A stretch of DNA of 64,000 bases from a virus (lineage: Duplodnaviria > Heunggongvirae > Uroviricota > Caudoviricetes). Positions within the stretch are counted from its first letter, which is position 1. Every line of letters starts with the position of its first letter. The stretch lies in the IMG/VR virus record IMGVR_UViG_3300044712_000123; one strand, given 5' to 3'. The notes under the pieces are model-generated. The model saw only the letters and a list, made by a program, of their open reading frames with translations. It was not told where the DNA came from and searched no databases. Positions 26,898 through 36,135 of the stretch are shown in pieces. The translations under genes were made by a program, and so were the position numbers.

Positions 26898-27179
26898 TTA
26901 CTTAGCCTTCTTAGCTGGCTGTGCGCAGTATGCAGTTGGAAAGTATGCTTGGATCTTCTTTGTCAATTCAACGAACGGCGTACGATCTGTTACGATTGAT
27001 TGTGTTTCGCTGAATGCTTTTGCTCCTGCATCGATTGCAGACTTTGTGTATTCAGCTTGAGCATCAACGAAACCGTTAAGTACTTTAGCGAATTGTTCGT
27101 GTTGAATGAATGTAGAAACGAATTGTTTCTTTGCGTTCTGGATGGCGTCAACGCCTTGATATGCGTAAGTTTTAAACAT
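26898..27179 (-). CDS. hypothetical protein
   Basis: ORF with an ACAGGAGAAAAAC ribosome-binding site. Confidence 0.4.
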   Translation of the reverse strand: MFKTYAYQGVDAIQNAKKQFVSTFIQHEQFAKVLNGFVDAQAEYTKSAIDAGAKAFSETQSIVTDRTPFVELTKKIQAYFPTAYCAQPAKKAK

Positions 27180-27239
27180 GTTTTTCTCCTGTGTGTGTTT
27201 AAGTGTTGAGTTTTTAAGTAGAACTCTAACTACTTTTAT

Positions 27240-27464
27240 TTATGCCTTAGTATAGCACGTTTCACGATATTTTTGTAGAGCTTGGACTCTAATCTCTTCT
27301 AACCTCTTTGTGATACGTTCTGGCAATTCAGTATCATCATCCCAAAGATTTTTTAGTTTGACTAGTTTCGGTCTATCGAAACCACGATGAAGGTCTAACT
27401 CTTCACCGTAGTCATCATCGCTATCGTCTATATTACTTTGCTGGTTTGGCTTCTGGCTTAGCAA
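27240..27464 (-). CDS. hypothetical acidic protein
   Basis: ORF on the track. Confidence 0.3.
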   Translation of the reverse strand: MLSQKPNQQSNIDDSDDDYGEELDLHRGFDRPKLVKLKNLWDDDTELPERITKRLEEIRVQALQKYRETCYTKA

Positions 27465-27699
27465 CTGGTGTTGCAGCCTTTTCGTCCTTGGCAGGGCTTT
27501 TGGTGGCGTCTTTCTTAGCCTTTGCTTCTGCGTCCTTTTCAGACTTCTTCTTAGCTAACTTGATTTCGGTAGCTGGAGCAGATGCTGCCGGTGCAGGTGT
27601 AGCTGCTACAACTGGAGCAACAGTAGTCTTTGCTGGTTCTGCGGCGAATGCAGTAGCGAAGCCAAAAGATGCGATAAGAGCGATTGCGATATTTTTCAT
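27433..27699 (-). CDS. secreted Ala/Lys/Pro-rich protein
   Basis: Signal peptide MKNIAIALIASFGFATAFA followed by an AKP-rich low-complexity region; AAAGGAAAAC ribosome-binding site. Confidence 0.5.
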   Translation of the reverse strand: MKNIAIALIASFGFATAFAAEPAKTTVAPVVAATPAPAASAPATEIKLAKKKSEKDAEAKAKKDATKSPAKDEKAATPVAKPEAKPAK

Positions 27700-27780
27700 T
27701 TTGTTTTCCTTTGAAGTAATGAAAGTGTAGATTATTGTGTCTACTATATAATAACGCCTCAGGATGTGAATCCGTTGACA

Positions 27781-28185
27781 TTACTTTATTTGAATTGAAT
27801 CAAGATATTCGTTTACGTTCCCGTACAGACTTACCATCATAGCGATCTTGCTATCATAGAATCTAATATAGGGTTTGCTTTTCTTGCCGTCTTTGTGTAC
27901 ACCCATAAAGTATGGGCATTTAATTTTCTTATTGAGTTCCATCACCCAAGCATGGTACTGAGTGTCAGGCTTACTTGCGAGGTCATATTGATAGAACTCA
28001 ATTTCAGCCATTCTGAATGCTAGGTCACCATAGTCAGTTAATCGTAGACCTTCTTGTCTACCTGACTGCCACCATTTGAATAACAGTTTGTCTACGGGAG
28101 TGGCTTTCTCTTCGGCAAAAGTATCGGGCAGTTCAGCCATAACTGCCTCAGTGATTATCTCTTTGAGAGATTTTCTCTTATTCAT
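27781..28185 (-). CDS. hypothetical protein
   Basis: ORF on the track. Confidence 0.35.
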   Translation of the reverse strand: MNKRKSLKEIITEAVMAELPDTFAEEKATPVDKLLFKWWQSGRQEGLRLTDYGDLAFRMAEIEFYQYDLASKPDTQYHAWVMELNKKIKCPYFMGVHKDGKKSKPYIRFYDSKIAMMVSLYGNVNEYLDSIQIK

Positions 28186-28471
28186 CTGGGTAGACGCATC
28201 TACCTGAATTCATAAACACGACAGTAAATTTATCTGTCTTAAATTGTGCGTTGAGTTTACGACACAGGTTTCGAGCGTGTCCTGGATTACTAAAGCTGGT
28301 CTTCTTGTATTTGGGTGTAGCTTCGTTGTCTAAGTAGTGTTGGCTTTTTAGGTTGATAGGCTGTCCGTCATAGAAAACTGCCCAAATTCCTGAGGCTTCT
28401 ACGATTTGGTCACATTTGTATGTGAGTTTATCAACTAGCTCAAGTAAGATTTTAGGTTGGGTGCGGCTCAT
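28178..28471 (-). CDS. hypothetical protein
   Basis: ORF overlapping its neighbours by a few nt. Confidence 0.35.
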   Translation of the reverse strand: MSRTQPKILLELVDKLTYKCDQIVEASGIWAVFYDGQPINLKSQHYLDNEATPKYKKTSFSNPGHARNLCRKLNAQFKTDKFTVVFMNSGRCVYPDE

Positions 28472-28668
28472 TAGAATTTGCCCCCAACAATTTGAATCTC
28501 TATAGGTTCTTCTGATTTAGCTTGTTTGCCGTTCTCAACTTGATCGGCTAATAACTTAGCCAACTCGTCACGCAAACCACGTGCCTCAGTGATGGGAATA
28601 ATCACATCTTTGCCTTGTCTACCTTCGACACTGGCAATTTTATCAATGAACCTCTTTATATTAATCAT
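28471..28668 (-). CDS. hypothetical protein
   Basis: ORF on the track. Confidence 0.3.
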   Translation of the reverse strand: MINIKRFIDKIASVEGRQGKDVIIPITEARGLRDELAKLLADQVENGKQAKSEEPIEIQIVGGKF

Positions 28669-29165
28669 CGACTATTTATCACAGCTTTTGCTTCGGCTTC
28701 AGTTTTAAACGGACCTTGATAGTCATATCGCTGGATAAAGATATATTTAGGACAGAATTCTACGGTCGCCTCAGTTCCTTGGTTCATTACATACCACCCT
28801 GCGGCATAGTAACATTTGCTTTTCAATGTCTTTGTGTACAAGTGAATCTTGCGTTTGATATCCAAGATTGAATTGAAGACTTTACTGGTCGTAGGATACT
28901 CGTTGAACGGTGCTTCGTGCTTTGGTTTCTCTTTGGTAAGTGGTTGAAACTCGATATGAGTTTGCTTTTTGATAGCAGTGGTATTTTTAAAATGAGCAAC
29001 GCCACCGTTGAGCTTCACTTCGAATCCAGACCCATCAGCGATAACGTTACCGACTTTTTCGTTTCCGTCCGTTACTATCCAGAACTGATTCTTTACTACG
29101 GGTTTTGCTATTAGTGTTTTTGTCATTTGTTTCCTCTTCGTCAAAAGATTTGAGTCTTTTAACAT
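28665..29165 (-). CDS. hypothetical protein
   Basis: ORF on the track. Confidence 0.4.
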   Translation of the reverse strand: MLKDSNLLTKRKQMTKTLIAKPVVKNQFWIVTDGNEKVGNVIADGSGFEVKLNGGVAHFKNTTAIKKQTHIEFQPLTKEKPKHEAPFNEYPTTSKVFNSILDIKRKIHLYTKTLKSKCYYAAGWYVMNQGTEATVEFCPKYIFIQRYDYQGPFKTEAEAKAVINSR

Positions 29166-29403
29166 CTTTGTGCTTAACGATTATAACGTTATGCCTCTGT
29201 CCTTGATACAATATCGGTAAATCTAACGTTACTGTAAGTCGAGGACCTTCTAGTTCACTAACTACACTATCAGTGCCTATAGTGCCGATGAATGGGATTT
29301 TATTCCATTTACCGAACACTCGGGCACCGAATTCATATTTAGCTTGGTATCTGTTCTGGGCAAAATAATCTGCTAAGTTCATAGCCAACTGTGGCATGAC
29401 CAC
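29047..29403 (-). CDS. hypothetical protein
   Basis: ORF; overlaps 28665..29165 in a different frame, so the start is uncertain. Confidence 0.3.
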   Translation of the reverse strand: MVMPQLAMNLADYFAQNRYQAKYEFGARVFGKWNKIPFIGTIGTDSVVSELEGPRLTVTLDLPILYQGQRHNVIIVKHKDVKRLKSFDEEETNDKNTNSKTRSKESVLDSNGRKRKSR

Positions 29404-29699
29404 TTGTTAAGATATCGCATACTTGCACCTTTAAATGCACCAAAGTGTTTCTTGTGAAAGTTGTTGTACGCTTTCTGCCACTTCTTGGTTACCGGTTCAG
29501 GTGCATGACAAGCAAGATAGTGAAGTTTGCCAAACTGATTAAAGATAGTCTTGTGATTGAGTTTGAATCCTACAGGATACCACTCAATACGACTTTGCCA
29601 ATTGTAATTGTCAGTACGACCATACACACGGCGCATCTTCATAATAGTTCTAGTGTCCACACTAGAACTTGGGCGAAACTTGTTTGGATGCTTTTTCAT
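29379..29699 (-). CDS. hypothetical protein
   Basis: ORF on the track. Confidence 0.35.
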   Translation of the reverse strand: MKKHPNKFRPSSSVDTRTIMKMRRVYGRTDNYNWQSRIEWYPVGFKLNHKTIFNQFGKLHYLACHAPEPVTKKWQKAYNNFHKKHFGAFKGASMRYLNKWSCHSWL

Positions 29700-29859
29700 C
29701 GTCTGTTCAAAGCGTAGTTGAGATACGCAAGACCAAAGTTAATCACTGCACTGCTATAGTTCCCTCGGGACAATGCATCAAGCCCAGTGAAACAACACAT
29801 ACCAATAATGAACCAAGTAATCTCGGTTGCGTTATTCAAATACCATTCACGAAATTTAT

Positions 29860-30255
29860 TCATACAATCATCCTTGCGATAAAGAGATAAGTGATATAGT
29901 GTGCCAATTGATCCAACCCCAGATGATTCCAGAATTGGGGAGTACGGATATCACGATTTCCGTAATTCATTTTAATCCAATCGACATGATAGTGTACAAC
30001 AAAGTCAACCATACCTAGAATCATTGCATAAAACAGAAAGGGTGTTCCAGTAACGATCCAAACACAGATCATGGTTGCAAGACCTTGCTTTGCAGAGTGC
30101 ATGATACCATGAAAGTCTCCATATATACCTTTGCTTGCGACTTCGACATTGCTTTGGTTAACAAAGTCAATATACCAATGCTTAACAAAAAGCAGACCCA
30201 ACAGTAAAATGATTGCGTTAATTTGTTCCATTTTTCTTTCCCTTACGATATCCAA
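29860..30255 (-). CDS. integral membrane protein
   Basis: At least three hydrophobic helices (INAIILLLGLLFV, LATMICVWIVTGTPFLFYAMILGMV). Confidence 0.45.
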   Translation of the reverse strand: MDIVRERKMEQINAIILLLGLLFVKHWYIDFVNQSNVEVASKGIYGDFHGIMHSAKQGLATMICVWIVTGTPFLFYAMILGMVDFVVHYHVDWIKMNYGNRDIRTPQFWNHLGLDQLAHYITYLFIARMIV

Positions 30256-30336
30256 CTTTGTAGCCTACGTAGAAAGCAAATGCAACTACGCAAGCAAGTC
30301 CTGTAAGCATCAAAACATTAAGGACTAGCATTTTGT

Positions 30337-31503
30337 TTAATCCCAGCTTGACGAACTAGAGCTAGAGCTAGAGCTAGAGCTAGAACTGTCACTCCAGCTT
30401 GAGGAGCTGTCAGAGCTAGAACTTGACCAAGAGGAGCTACTCTTGCGTGAACTGTCATCATCCCAAGAACTAGAAGATGAGCTAGTACTAGGAGTGTCAT
30501 CCCAACTAGAACTACGTGAGCTAGAGCTTGTACTTGGAGTGTCGTCCCATGACGAACTGCGACTTGGTGCTTCACGTTCAATCACACGTTCACGCACAAC
30601 TTCACGGGTTGGCTCACTGTGAGAATGATTATGAGAACCACCCAGCATGTTACCAATCAGTACACCTGTGAGCATATCAGTGCCACTATTGTTTGTGTGT
30701 ACCACAGTTTGTGTTGGTTGAGCATTGTAGCTAGAGTTACGTGATGCCGATTCACGGATTCGTGCTGACCGTGCTTCTGCCTCTGCCGCTTCTGCACGGG
30801 CAACAGCTTCACGAATCGCCACCGCATCAGCTTCTGCCTTGAGTTCTGCCTTAGTCTTTTTCTTGGGCAAGGGGAGCAATGTGTCAGGGTTTGTAGGGTC
30901 GAAACGTTCGTGACCATAGTTAGGATGTTGACGCAATGCTTGACGTTCAGCTTCTTCCTGACGTTCACGTTCACGTTGACGAGCCATCTCCGACTCACGA
31001 TCTGCCTTCATTTTTGCCAATTGTGCTTGACGTTCAGCTTCTTCCTCATCCTTTTTACGATTGTAGAGGATGTATGCAGTACCACCGGCAATTACAACCA
31101 GCAAAACAATCAACAGATTACGACCAGTGTGAGATTCCTCAATGGACTCAATCTTTTTGACTTGAGGGGTGATAGCTTCTTTAAGACTTGCCACGCTAGA
31201 TTGTGGGGCAAAGTCAAGTGTGGGGTTCAGACCAGTAGCGATATCAAGAGCCTTCTTTGCTTTTTCTTGATTGCCTAGACCTGCTTGTGCCTGAGACATT
31301 GCATAGAATGCTTTAGCACTTTTGGGGTGATTGCGAATGATTTCCTCAAGACCCTTTTCTGCGGCAGAGTAATTTTGTTGTTGGATCAGCATTTGAATCT
31401 GATCGAATGTTGCCTCAGCATGTGCTGCCAAACTAGCAACGCCGAGAATAAGAGTAGCGAGAAACTTTTTCATAAAGACTCCATGAGTTAATTGATAGAT
31501 CAA
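30337..31503 (-). CDS. signal-peptide and TPR-like protein with a transmembrane segment, an ERQ-rich coiled-coil and a poly-Ser/SSSWDDTPSTSSSS repeat tail
   Basis: Signal peptide MKKFLATLILGVASLAAHA, TPR-like helices, transmembrane LLIVLLVVIAGGTAYILY, then low-complexity sequence. Confidence 0.5.
   Translation of the reverse strand: MIYQLTHGVFMKKFLATLILGVASLAAHAEATFDQIQMLIQQQNYSAAEKGLEEIIRNHPKSAKAFYAMSQAQAGLGNQEKAKKALDIATGLNPTLDFAPQSSVASLKEAITPQVKKIESIEESHTGRNLLIVLLVVIAGGTAYILYNRKKDEEEAERQAQLAKMKADRESEMARQRERERQEEAERQALRQHPNYGHERFDPTNPDTLLPLPKKKTKAELKAEADAVAIREAVARAEAAEAEARSARIRESASRNSSYNAQPTQTVVHTNNSGTDMLTGVLIGNMLGGSHNHSHSEPTREVVRERVIEREAPSRSSSWDDTPSTSSSSRSSSWDDTPSTSSSSSSWDDDSSRKSSSSWSSSSSDSSSSWSDSSSSSSSSSSSSSSWD
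30358..30390 (-). repeat. (TCTAGC)n hexanucleotide microsatellite encoding poly-Ser
   Basis: gctagagctagagctagagctagagctaga on the + strand, about five units, plus longer degenerate 60-nt repeats upstream encoding SSSWDDTPSTSSSS twice. Confidence 0.55.
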
Positions 31504-31531
31504 TTGTACAGGAAAAGCGATTATTTGTCAA
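31503..31531 (-). promoter_or_regulatory. sigma70 promoter (TTGACA, 17-nt spacer, TACAAT)
   Basis: Reverse complement reads TTGACAaataatcgcttttcctgTACAAT. Confidence 0.65.
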
Positions 31532-31552
31532 CCGCTTTTCACTGTATACTTT

Positions 31553-32401
31553 TTACTTACCGATGTTCATCAGTGTTTTAGTGTCGCCACCAAGCATTGT
31601 ACTTGGGAGAGCACCATTCCACTTTTCAATCCATTGCAATGCCACGTAGTTTGCACCACCATTTGACTGAATAGCTGCCGCTTGAATCGCAATAGCTTTA
31701 GCTTCACCATCAGCCTGAGCGATACGACTTGCAGCCTCAACCTTGATACGTTCCAAGTCTTGTTGTGCCTTAGCAGTTTGTTGAACTGAAATCACCTTAG
31801 CTTCAATCGCTTTCTGATACTCAGGACTAAAGCCGAAGTTAACCAAGCTAATGTTACTGACTGTGATGTTAAACGGAGCCATCTTAGAAACCAAATGAGT
31901 CAGAATTTCTTGACTAACCAAATCACGCTTAGTAACCAATTCTTCACTTGTATAGTGACCAGTCACACTCTTAAACGCTTCGTTAATGCCAGGGCCAAGA
32001 ACTTTTTCATCAACGTTCAAGCCATACTCTTTATAGATGTGTGGGACTTTTGCAGGATCAAGACGAAAGTTAACAACAATGTCAGTATGCACAACCTGCA
32101 AGTCTTTAGTACCTGCGTTAGCACCCTTCAACTCTGCCTTCTGCAATCGCACATCAACATCCTTGACCTGACTAATCGGGTTCACCATGTGAACACCTTC
32201 AGTCAACGGCTGAGGATTAACCTCACCTAGTGTTACTTGAACACCAGTATGTCCTGCTGAAATAACCGTGAATGACTCGAAAATAAAGACCAGTGCAAAC
32301 AACAGAGCACCGCCCAAAATACCCAACTTACTCTTGGTGAGTACAAAAACAGCAACTGCAATCGCAATGCCTACGATGGCAGCAAGAAACAATGTAAACA
32401 T
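31553..32401 (-). CDS. SPFH/band-7 (prohibitin/HflC-like) membrane protein
   Basis: N-terminal transmembrane segment, then an SPFH core (GHTGVQVTLGEV...VDV..Q......T.D...V.....R) and a C-terminal Ala/Gln coiled-coil. Confidence 0.75.
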   Translation of the reverse strand: MFTLFLAAIVGIAIAVAVFVLTKSKLGILGGALLFALVFIFESFTVISAGHTGVQVTLGEVNPQPLTEGVHMVNPISQVKDVDVRLQKAELKGANAGTKDLQVVHTDIVVNFRLDPAKVPHIYKEYGLNVDEKVLGPGINEAFKSVTGHYTSEELVTKRDLVSQEILTHLVSKMAPFNITVSNISLVNFGFSPEYQKAIEAKVISVQQTAKAQQDLERIKVEAASRIAQADGEAKAIAIQAAAIQSNGGANYVALQWIEKWNGALPSTMLGGDTKTLMNIGK

Positions 32402-32437
32402 AAAAACTCCTTTAAGGATTAATGAAAGTGAACACGT

Positions 32438-32466
32438 AGTATAGCACTACGTGGATTAATTGTCAA
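32438..32466 (-). promoter_or_regulatory. sigma70 promoter (TTGACA, 17-nt spacer, TATACT) for the SPFH gene
   Basis: Reverse complement reads TTGACAattaatccacgtagtgcTATACT. Confidence 0.6.
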
Positions 32467-32938
32467 CCTTTTCTTCTCTAGTCAACTCAGCAACTAAGAG
32501 AAAATGGTCATACGCTTTTTTGACTGCTGGATTTGTAAGCAATTTGTTTGCTTCCTCTTGCATAGCTTTGATTCCTGCTTCTGCACAATCACGGATACAC
32601 AACCCATTGAGAGTAGCAAGTTCATCACCTAGTTCTTTTGCTAAATGTTCCCAAGCCTTCTTCTGACCTTCCGTGAGTAAGGTACGTTGTGGTCTGAGTT
32701 CACTAGCCTTACTGATGGCAGTGCAAATTGCATCCTCTGCTACACGTGCCGCGGCGATCATTGGGGCATACGCAGGGTCAATATTGTAACGCCGACTCGT
32801 GCCACCGGGATAACTCATAACAAGGTGATTTCCTTTAGTGAAGCTATCCAAGAAGTCATTGTCATATTCTGCTACCGGAACGTACTTACGTCCCTTCTTT
32901 TCGTAGTAAATCTTCTTCATGATTCGAGTACTTCCCAA
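32456..32938 (-). CDS. hypothetical protein
   Basis: ORF on the track. Confidence 0.4.
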   Translation of the reverse strand: MGSTRIMKKIYYEKKGRKYVPVAEYDNDFLDSFTKGNHLVMSYPGGTSRRYNIDPAYAPMIAAARVAEDAICTAISKASELRPQRTLLTEGQKKAWEHLAKELGDELATLNGLCIRDCAEAGIKAMQEEANKLLTNPAVKKAYDHFLLVAELTREEKVDN

Positions 32939-33162
32939 AATAGTTCTTTAGTCTTGATATATGCAACTGGCTTGACCCAGCCTCTATCAATGCAGTCAGC
33001 TAGGATCAATTGATATTCACGAGGACATTGTCTTGAAATTTCTAGACCTGCACGTGGTACCAACTTGATACCATCAGTCATGTAAAAGTGTGCATCGTCC
33101 CGGTTAATCTCTTTGAAACGATTTTCTGGAGTAGTGAATGTCATTTTTTCAAATCTTCCCAC
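32917..33162 (-). CDS. hypothetical protein
   Basis: ORF on the track. Confidence 0.3.
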   Translation of the reverse strand: MGRFEKMTFTTPENRFKEINRDDAHFYMTDGIKLVPRAGLEISRQCPREYQLILADCIDRGWVKPVAYIKTKELFWEVLES

Positions 33163-33461
33163 ATTAGTTCTTTGGCACGTTTGTCAAGTTTCTCACGTTC
33201 GTTTTTCAGAATCAGTGGTGCCATTGTTTCGATGTACAATAACAATGCTTCTTTGCCACCATCTTGAAAGTGATTATAAGCACCTTTACCACCGATTTGA
33301 GATTCGTAATATAACTTCTGATCCTTGAGTACCGCAACAATACCCAAGTACAATTGCTTCTCAATTAAATCATTCATTAAGGTTCCCTTGATACGGTGCA
33401 TTAAGCCACTTAGAATAAGTTTCAGCTTGCTCAGAGATTTTCGTAAGATCATATTTGCCAC
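33141..33461 (-). CDS. hypothetical protein
   Basis: ORF on the track. Confidence 0.3.
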   Translation of the reverse strand: MANMILRKSLSKLKLILSGLMHRIKGTLMNDLIEKQLYLGIVAVLKDQKLYYESQIGGKGAYNHFQDGGKEALLLYIETMAPLILKNEREKLDKRAKELMWEDLKK

Positions 33462-34368
33462 AGAATTTCATAAAGTGAATGCCCACCTGTCCAACTTGTT
33501 TAGTTGCTACAGATTCTTTGATAGAAGTATCACATGCCTCTTTGATATTATCGGGCTGTGCCTTCAAATCAATTAGCATTTTATTGCGTTCATAGCAATC
33601 ACGCACCCGTTGTTCAACACCATTATGGTCAGTCCAGCGTTGGAGCATAAAATTGTTATAATTGAAACCTTGTTTGTGACGGTCTTCAAATGCTTCACGA
33701 ATACCCACACGATTCTTGCTACCTTTTTCGGGAGCACGGGGATATGCAGTGAACACGTTGTCACCTGCGTCACCTCTGACACACTTCAGGAAAAGCAGAT
33801 ACTCAGGATCCTCAAGCAGCTTGGGTTTCTTTTCCTTGTCTAGTACGGGCTTACCTGATTCTTTAAAGTAACCGTCGAGGGTGACAAGTTCATTGCCCAC
33901 GCCATTGTATCTGAACACTTTGTCAGTGATAAGTTGATCGTAATCAGTATCAGTGGAAATAATATAGTGCGTGTCATCTGGGTGCAAGTGAATAAATCGA
34001 GCAATCATGTCATCAGCCTCTGCCTGAGGATGACGCAATACACTTACGTTGGTCTTCTCTTTGATGTAGGTTGTGAAGGCTTCGTATGTTTCCCAGAACA
34101 TTTCCGATTCTTCTTTTTCAGCCTCAGTGACGGACATGGCGTCAACGATACGATTTTTCTTATACGGCTCGTAAACGTCTTTGCGCCAGCTACGGCCTTC
34201 GAGACAGAATACGACATGATCGATTCCATAACGACGGACAGCTTGATTGACCGATGCAAAAGTAAGATGCAGTGCCATCCCCACCTTCTCCCAAGCATCA
34301 CTGTTACGTGATGCTACGTGACGGGCACGGAAGAATGTGTTAGCTGTGTCAATTAGTGCGTATTTCAT
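33370..34368 (-). CDS. rnh: 5'-3' exonuclease / RNase H (FEN family, T4 rnh-like)
   Basis: T4 RNase H-like acidic clusters (VVFCLEG..WRKDVYEPYKKNR, AEADDMIA, STDTDYDQL); 332 aa. Confidence 0.75.
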   Translation of the reverse strand: MKYALIDTANTFFRARHVASRNSDAWEKVGMALHLTFASVNQAVRRYGIDHVVFCLEGRSWRKDVYEPYKKNRIVDAMSVTEAEKEESEMFWETYEAFTTYIKEKTNVSVLRHPQAEADDMIARFIHLHPDDTHYIISTDTDYDQLITDKVFRYNGVGNELVTLDGYFKESGKPVLDKEKKPKLLEDPEYLLFLKCVRGDAGDNVFTAYPRAPEKGSKNRVGIREAFEDRHKQGFNYNNFMLQRWTDHNGVEQRVRDCYERNKMLIDLKAQPDNIKEACDTSIKESVATKQVGQVGIHFMKFCGKYDLTKISEQAETYSKWLNAPYQGNLNE

Positions 34369-34391
34369 GTGTGTCCTTAAGTAGTCGTATA

Positions 34392-34420
34392 ATTATACGA
34401 CTACTTGGGTTTATTGTCAA
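34392..34420 (-). promoter_or_regulatory. consensus sigma70 promoter (TTGACA, 17-nt spacer, TATAAT)
   Basis: Reverse complement reads TTGACAataaacccaagtagtcgTATAAT. Confidence 0.7.
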
Positions 34421-34842
34421 GCGATATCTTCTAGATACTTATCCGGAAAATTCTTAATACCGTCTACAACCGTTTTCATGTTGTATCGAGTAATGGGCAA
34501 GAACACCTGCTTAACTCGTTTCATTTTCAGTGGGTGACATTTGATCCGATCTTCAACCAAGTCACGCACATAGTCCGCGGTGACATTAGTGTGTTTTGGA
34601 TCAACATACTCACTTGGTTTGTGATTACCTTGAGGATTTTCCAAGAAGGGAAACAATTCCCTCATTACATAACTCTCGCAGTTTTTCACGTGTTCATCAT
34701 ACCCATCCACTGCTACATATAAGTGATGAACCGTAGGGTTGTTGTTTCCCTTATCATATGAAATGATGCGAGACTTAGCTTTCTTGGTGATACCAGGTTT
34801 AATCTTGCCGTACACCTCGGCAACATAAAGCATCATGCTCAT
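34417..34842 (-). CDS. hypothetical protein
   Basis: ORF on the track. Confidence 0.35.
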   Translation of the reverse strand: MSMMLYVAEVYGKIKPGITKKAKSRIISYDKGNNNPTVHHLYVAVDGYDEHVKNCESYVMRELFPFLENPQGNHKPSEYVDPKHTNVTADYVRDLVEDRIKCHPLKMKRVKQVFLPITRYNMKTVVDGIKNFPDKYLEDIA

Positions 34843-36044
34843 TTGAATTTGTCCTTCTGTGCAGGGCTAAGTTTCTTGAACATGTTAGTATTGTTTTCGC
34901 AGTAGCGAGTGTACAAACTCTTTGGTACATACTGATATGTGCCACCGGCTTTGATATACAATTGCATCAGCAATACAAGTGAAGCATCTTTAGGGCAGCC
35001 TGCAGGCTTATCACCGAATGCATCTTCGTAGTATGCTGGGTACAGTGCTTGTGTCAAATTCTTGAACTCAGGCCATCCACCTGCAACTTCCTTGACCAAA
35101 GCGTTGATATCACGCATGAATTCTTTGAATTCAGGTGCAGTGAAGTCTGCTCCTTCTTTTGCAAGTTTCTTACGCAATTCTTGGAAGGGAAGCATTTCGA
35201 TAGCATCGAGCGGTTCCTGTGGCCAGTAAGTAGCGTGATTCTCTCCGAAGAAACGAACATCAGCGACTTCCAACTTTGTCAGCAAGTTGCTATGAACTAC
35301 TGCACCTGCTTTGAAACGCTCAGGACTATCAGGATGAACAGGGAACAAGTTCCAAGCTTCCAATTCAGTTTGGATGCGGTTTGCAATTTCGTATTTTTCT
35401 TGTGTATCTTTATTCGGTGAATCCAGACGTTTACCGAATACATGAATCTTGTGTGTTTCGAACGGGATGATTGGTTTCTTGTCTTCCCCGTTGATACCCA
35501 AGAAGTGTTCACGTGCAAAACTGAAATCGCTAGTTTCAACGACTTGACAGTTTACTTGCAAGTCCAGCCAATCTGCGGGATCCACATCAGGGAACAATCC
35601 CAACTTTGCTCGGAGAGCAATTGCCAATACAGTGTGCTGTCCGTCAGTGATGTAGCAAACATCGCTCTTGGGCATTTTGATTACGTTAATCGTTGCTGGG
35701 CGACGGGAGTCCCAAGTAGTGATGATTCGAATGAGGTGATCGAAATCAATTTTTCGTTGTACTGCAAGTGCAGACAACAGGTGACGAATTTTAATTCGTT
35801 TCAATTTAGGCATTTGGTTGTATCGCTGAGGCTTGCCCTTGCGGCTAGTCTTGTAATCAGCAGATTCCAAAATCTGTTGGAGTTGTGTATACTCTGGGCT
35901 ACCGATAAAGAGTTTAGCTAGTGCATCAATGCCGTTAGCGTCAACGTAGCCGGGTTTCTGATCCAGTTCATTTGTTGGGCGATCTGTCGGGGTGACTTGT
36001 TTTGAGTTAGGAACCCAAGTGAACTTATAAGTAGGTGTTGCCAT
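34839..36044 (-). CDS. ParB/Srx-fold protein with a DGQHT (DGQHR-like) motif
   Basis: CYITDGQHTVLAIAL resembles the DGQHR motif of the DndB/DpdB family; otherwise no motif was recognised. Confidence 0.4.
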   Translation of the reverse strand: MATPTYKFTWVPNSKQVTPTDRPTNELDQKPGYVDANGIDALAKLFIGSPEYTQLQQILESADYKTSRKGKPQRYNQMPKLKRIKIRHLLSALAVQRKIDFDHLIRIITTWDSRRPATINVIKMPKSDVCYITDGQHTVLAIALRAKLGLFPDVDPADWLDLQVNCQVVETSDFSFAREHFLGINGEDKKPIIPFETHKIHVFGKRLDSPNKDTQEKYEIANRIQTELEAWNLFPVHPDSPERFKAGAVVHSNLLTKLEVADVRFFGENHATYWPQEPLDAIEMLPFQELRKKLAKEGADFTAPEFKEFMRDINALVKEVAGGWPEFKNLTQALYPAYYEDAFGDKPAGCPKDASLVLLMQLYIKAGGTYQYVPKSLYTRYCENNTNMFKKLSPAQKDKFK

Positions 36045-36106
36045 AATTTTTCCTTTCTGTAATAAAATTTAGGCTGTGCAAAGAATATTATTCAATGCAC
36101 AACCTT

Positions 36107-36135
36107 ATTATACGACAGAAACGATTAATTGTCAA
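36107..36135 (-). promoter_or_regulatory. consensus sigma70 promoter (TTGACA, 17-nt spacer, TATAAT)
   Basis: Reverse complement reads TTGACAattaatcgtttctgtcgTATAAT. Confidence 0.7.
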
